A stretch of 30,492 nt of DNA, from the NCBI GenBank assembly GCA_947627405.1, contig CANQVY010000001.1, positions 1-30,492 of the forward strand, written 5' to 3'. Below, one piece after another: positions 27,137-30,492 of the stretch (position 1 is the stretch's first letter; each line of letters opens with the position of its first letter). The position numbers and the translations under genes were made by a program. Source of the DNA: an uncultured Bacilli bacterium (GTDB lineage: Bacteria > Bacillota_I > Bacilli_A > RF39 > UBA660). The notes below the pieces were generated by a model that ran no database searches, had not been told where the DNA came from, and saw nothing but the letters and a program-made list of their open reading frames with translations.

Positions 27137-27832
27137 ATGAAACAAATTGCAAAGGAATATGCAAAAATATTTTCTTATACTATTACTGGAATTGTATTTG
27201 TTTTTGCTTCCTTTTATTTAATTATTAATATATATCATATGGAAGAAATCGCAGATACATTTACTTTTTCTTTAAGTGAGGATTCAAATTATAATGAAAT
27301 TAAGAATCGAATATCTAATATTGAAAAGTATACAAATGTTAATATTAATAAAAGTAAGGGAAAAGCAAATAAGCAATTTTTAAGTTCATTAAATACAAAA
27401 TTAAGTTATTGTAAAAATGCTTTAAACAATGAGACGTTTAAAGAGTTAAAAAACAATAAAAAAATTGGAATAAAAGATGTTTATAATTTACGAAATACAT
27501 TAAATTCAAATGTTATTAATGGTTGTTTAATAGAACAATTGCATTACCTTACTTATTATAATGATAAAGATGGAAATTCGGATGGATTATCCAATTATTC
27601 TGATTATATAAAACTCAACATAGACATTATTAGTAGTAGGCTGAATTATATTGATAAAGATTTATTAAATAATAGTAGTTATTATTATAACTCTAGTAAT
27701 GCGTCCACTGCAGTGATGAATAAAACAAAGGATATGTATGATGACGTTATGACAACTTATAATCAATCTGCAACATTGGTTGAAATGCTTTCAAAATGGT
27801 TATACACGGAAGTAGGTGTTACAAATGATTAA
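27137..27832 (+). CDS. Hypothetical membrane-anchored protein (231 aa)
   Basis: One N-terminal TM, then an Asn/Lys-rich probably helical domain with two Cys. SD AGGGGTGA. Confidence 0.75.
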   Translation: MKQIAKEYAKIFSYTITGIVFVFASFYLIINIYHMEEIADTFTFSLSEDSNYNEIKNRISNIEKYTNVNINKSKGKANKQFLSSLNTKLSYCKNALNNETFKELKNNKKIGIKDVYNLRNTLNSNVINGCLIEQLHYLTYYNDKDGNSDGLSNYSDYIKLNIDIISSRLNYIDKDLLNNSSYYYNSSNASTAVMNKTKDMYDDVMTTYNQSATLVEMLSKWLYTEVGVTND

Positions 27833-28256
27833 AATGATTAATGGATTGTTGTATGGTATAAAATATTTTTTACTTATTCTTAGTTTTGCTTTTGGTAGTT
27901 ATATTATTTTATATATGTATCAGAGGTTGAATAAGTCTTTAGTGGATTCTATTTATATTGCTTTACCTTTTGTAATTTTATTTATATTATTTGCCATTAA
28001 TATGTTGGCTAATCAAAAAAGAGTAACATCAAATTTGTTTTATAATTTAACTTGTTGTCTTGTATTTTGTGTAATTTTATTTATAGAGTATCGAGCATTA
28101 TTTGATACAAATATGATAGCAAACAGCAAATTGGGATACAACATTAACTTTAATTATTTTGCTGATAATATTAATGCAATAAAAGTAATGATTGTTGGCC
28201 TTATTTTAGGAGATCTATTATTTATGCTGCCAAATAGTGATGATAAGAAAGCCTAG
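27825..28256 (+). CDS. Hypothetical integral membrane protein (about 4 TM)
   Basis: Four hydrophobic segments. ATG 27825 after SD AGGTG; overlaps the upstream gene by 8 nt. Confidence 0.75.
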   Translation: MIKMINGLLYGIKYFLLILSFAFGSYIILYMYQRLNKSLVDSIYIALPFVILFILFAINMLANQKRVTSNLFYNLTCCLVFCVILFIEYRALFDTNMIANSKLGYNINFNYFADNINAIKVMIVGLILGDLLFMLPNSDDKKA

Positions 28257-28267
28257 TGCTTTTTTTT
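28248..28267 (+). terminator. Weak intrinsic terminator closing the sipW operon
   Basis: AAAGC-CTAGT-GCTTT plus a T-run. Confidence 0.45.
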
Positions 28268-28297
28268 GTTTTGTGCTATATTAGTTTTGGTGGTTTT

Positions 28298-29095
28298 ATG
28301 GATTTACATGAATTTCAATTTAAAAAAGCATTTGGACAAAATTTTTTGAAAGAAAAAAAAGTTATTCACAATATTGTGGATAAAGCTAATATCGCTGAAA
28401 ATAGCTTAGTTATTGAAATAGGTCCTGGAGCAGGTGCTTTGACGCAAGAATTAGTTAAGAAAGCCTCTTTTGTGTTAGCCTATGAAATTGATGAAAGATT
28501 AAAGGAACCTTTAAAAGAAAAATTTCAACATGAGGAAAATATTCAATTTATATTTGATGATTTTTTAAAACGAAATATAAAAGAAGATATTCAAGGTTTT
28601 TCTTATGAAAATCTATATGTTATAGCCAATCTTCCTTATTATATTACTACCCCAATTATCACAAAAGTAATAGAAGAAAAATTAAATATAAATAAGCTAG
28701 TTGTTATGGTTCAAAAAGAAGTTGGTGATCGCTTTGCTGCGAAACCTTCTAGTAGAGAATATAATTCTTTGACTGTTTATCTAAATTATTATTTTGATAT
28801 TCATAAATTATTCTTTGTTTCAAAAAATGCATTTATTCCAAAACCAAATGTAGATAGTGTGGTGGTTGAATTAAAACGAAAAACAAATTTAATGCAATTA
28901 AATGATGAAAATTTATTCTTTAAATTGGTAAAAGACAGTTTTCAATATAAACGAAAAAATTTGAAAAATAATTTAAAAGGCTATGATTTAGATATCATAG
29001 AGAATGTTTTGGGTGCATATGGATTAAGTTTGCAAGCAAGAGCTGAACAATTATCATTAGAAATATTTGTTGCGATCAGTAATGCTTTAGCATAA
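28298..29095 (+). CDS. rsmA: 16S rRNA A1518/A1519 dimethyltransferase (KsgA)
   Basis: KKAFGQNFL, VIEIGPGAGALT, YEID, ANLPYYITTPI, MVQKEV and F-PKPNVDS. ATG 28298. Confidence 0.97.
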   Translation: MDLHEFQFKKAFGQNFLKEKKVIHNIVDKANIAENSLVIEIGPGAGALTQELVKKASFVLAYEIDERLKEPLKEKFQHEENIQFIFDDFLKRNIKEDIQGFSYENLYVIANLPYYITTPIITKVIEEKLNINKLVVMVQKEVGDRFAAKPSSREYNSLTVYLNYYFDIHKLFFVSKNAFIPKPNVDSVVVELKRKTNLMQLNDENLFFKLVKDSFQYKRKNLKNNLKGYDLDIIENVLGAYGLSLQARAEQLSLEIFVAISNALA

Positions 29096-29117
29096 ATAAT
29101 AAAAAAAGGCATATAAT
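29090..29117 (+). promoter_or_regulatory. Possible mother-cell (sigma-E/K type) promoter of yabG
   Basis: GCATAAA, N13, CATATAAT. The -10 also contains TATAAT, so the sigma assignment is ambiguous. Confidence 0.4.
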
Positions 29118-29134
29118 TTGTTGGAGATGATTGT

Positions 29135-29917
29135 ATGCCTTTTCATATTGGGGATATTGTTAGTAGAAATTCCTATGGGAATGATATTCTCTTCAAAGTT
29201 GTTGCCATTAATAATAATGATGTAGAACTTAGAGGAATTGATGTTCGACTATGTGCTGATAGTAATATTGGTGATTTAAGAAAAGAGGATCCATCAAAAT
29301 TAAAAGATGATAAAGAACTTTTCGATCGGTTTGGAGGAATCGTTAGTTTAGATAGAGATGAATATTTTTACATGCCAGGGAAAATATTACACATTGATTC
29401 TGATGGGGATTACCTTAATCGATGTATGCGGTTTTATAATAATGCTGGAATTCGTGCTTATGGGCTGAATCTTCCTGAAAATAAAGTGTATACGGAAATA
29501 GAACAATACTTGAATGATTTAAGGCCAGATATTGTAGTAATAACTGGGCATGACTCCTATTTAAAAAATAAAGGCAATAAAAACGATATTCATAACTATA
29601 AAAATAGCGAAAATTTTATTCGAGCAATCGAGAGTGCTAGAAAATATGAAGATAGCCCAGATAAACTTATTATCATTGCAGGGGCTTGTCAATCGAATTA
29701 TGAAGAATTAATCAAAGCAGGAGCTAATTTTGCCTCAAGTCCAAAAAGAATTAACATTCACGCTTTGGATCCTGCTATTATTGCTGTTTCTACAGCTCTT
29801 TCTGATCGTAATAAATCTATTGATTTAATTGATATCTTAAATAAAACAAAATATGGTCCTGAAGGAATAGGGGGAATTATTACAAATGGTGCTATGTATA
29901 CGGGGTATCCTAGATGA
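29135..29917 (+). CDS. yabG: Sporulation peptidase YabG
   Basis: GDIVSRNSY--DILFKV, PGKILHID-D, ITGHD, AGACQS, GANFASSP and IHALDP. Confidence 0.96.
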   Translation: MPFHIGDIVSRNSYGNDILFKVVAINNNDVELRGIDVRLCADSNIGDLRKEDPSKLKDDKELFDRFGGIVSLDRDEYFYMPGKILHIDSDGDYLNRCMRFYNNAGIRAYGLNLPENKVYTEIEQYLNDLRPDIVVITGHDSYLKNKGNKNDIHNYKNSENFIRAIESARKYEDSPDKLIIIAGACQSNYEELIKAGANFASSPKRINIHALDPAIIAVSTALSDRNKSIDLIDILNKTKYGPEGIGGIITNGAMYTGYPR

Positions 29918-30129
29918 TTGAAGATATAAAAAAAATAGTAGAATCTAAAAAAGGAAAAAAGTTAAAATTTAAATACAATGGGGCTAGAAATCAGGTAGAG
30001 GAATTTGATGGTGAAATTGTTGATGCTTATCATTTTGTTTTTACAATTCGAACGGGAGAAGAAATTGAATTAATAAAATCCTTTACATATAGTGATATAT
30101 TAACTGAAACTTTGGAAATATTTGACTAA
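29914..30129 (+). CDS. veg: Veg family protein
   Basis: IKK---SKKGK-LKFKYNGAR...G-IVDAY-FVF-I...SFTYSDILTETL. Follows yabG as in Bacillus. Confidence 0.92.
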   Translation: MIEDIKKIVESKKGKKLKFKYNGARNQVEEFDGEIVDAYHFVFTIRTGEEIELIKSFTYSDILTETLEIFD

Positions 30130-30205
30130 ATATTGTTGCTTTTTGCCATTTATTGTTATAAAATATTATCATAAAGTATTAAACTTTAAGAGGGAGGAAT
30201 AGACG

Positions 30206-30481
30206 ATGAAAATAACATCAGTAAATGTTCGTAAGATTGAAAAAGAAGGTTCACGTATGAAAGGAATCGCATCTGTTTTAATAGATGATAGTTTTGCGGT
30301 ACATGATATTCGCATTATTGAAGGTGATAATGGATTGTTTATTGCTATGCCTAGTCGTAAAACGGCTACAGGTGGGTATAGAGATATAGCACATCCAATT
30401 AATCCAGAAGTTCGTTCTATGTTTGAAGATGCAATTATTGAAGCTTATGAAAAAGCGGATGATGCAGAAACAGAAGAGTAA
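30206..30481 (+). CDS. spoVG: SpoVG family nucleic-acid-binding protein
   Basis: [37 protein letters not shown] and RDIAHPIN. Confidence 0.97.
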   Translation: MKITSVNVRKIEKEGSRMKGIASVLIDDSFAVHDIRIIEGDNGLFIAMPSRKTATGGYRDIAHPINPEVRSMFEDAIIEAYEKADDAETEE

Positions 30482-30492
30482 TCTTCTGTTTT
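30468..30492 (+). terminator. Intrinsic terminator after spoVG
   Basis: AAACAGAAGA-GTAA-TCTTCTGTTT followed by T (window edge). Confidence 0.75.

Noticed and set aside
24594-28256. The six-gene block as a mobile element or prophage remnant
   Set aside because: No integrase, transposase, att repeats or obvious compositional shift, and its SD style matches neighbouring core genes.
28256-28297. Upstream GTG/TTG/ATG starts proposed by the track for rsmA (also dnaX 9940, holB 12717, ricT 13550, rsmI 15047, 19802, spoVT 20525, 23987, 27816)
   Set aside because: Downstream starts have better SD spacing or match family N-termini.

Overview
This window holds the chromosomal replication-origin region of a very AT-rich, genome-reduced member of the Bacilli. 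It uses genetic code 11, and an RF39-like uncultured lineage is my inference from gene content. Every supported gene lies on the + strand. The order is: oriC DnaA boxes - dnaA - oriC boxes - dnaN - comK - recF - gyrB - gyrA - [Noc site, two parS] - ffs (minimal SRP RNA) - tadA - [Noc site] - dnaX - ebfC/yaaK - recR - bofA - holB - ricT - trmN6 - rsmI - pth - mfd - hypothetical - spoVT - Met T-box - metG - 51-aa membrane sORF - tatD - 3D-domain yabE-like - [six-gene block: three TasA/CalY-like proteins, SipW, two unknown membrane proteins] - rsmA/ksgA - yabG - veg - spoVG. The backbone is a compacted version of the Bacillus subtilis origin region and keeps sporulation genes. Main points of interest: (1) a candidate SipW-dependent pilus or fibre system at the usual rnmV position; (2) a comK homologue at the origin, where yaaA normally sits; (3) a perfect Noc site 22 bp centre-to-centre from a perfect parS inside a 38-bp palindrome; (4) small regulatory or coding elements missed by the ORF track, namely a micro-ORF coupled to recF, a bofA SD-occluding hairpin with a sigma-E-like promoter, and a 51-aa two-TM protein. 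All assignments come from motif recognition by eye; no searches were run.
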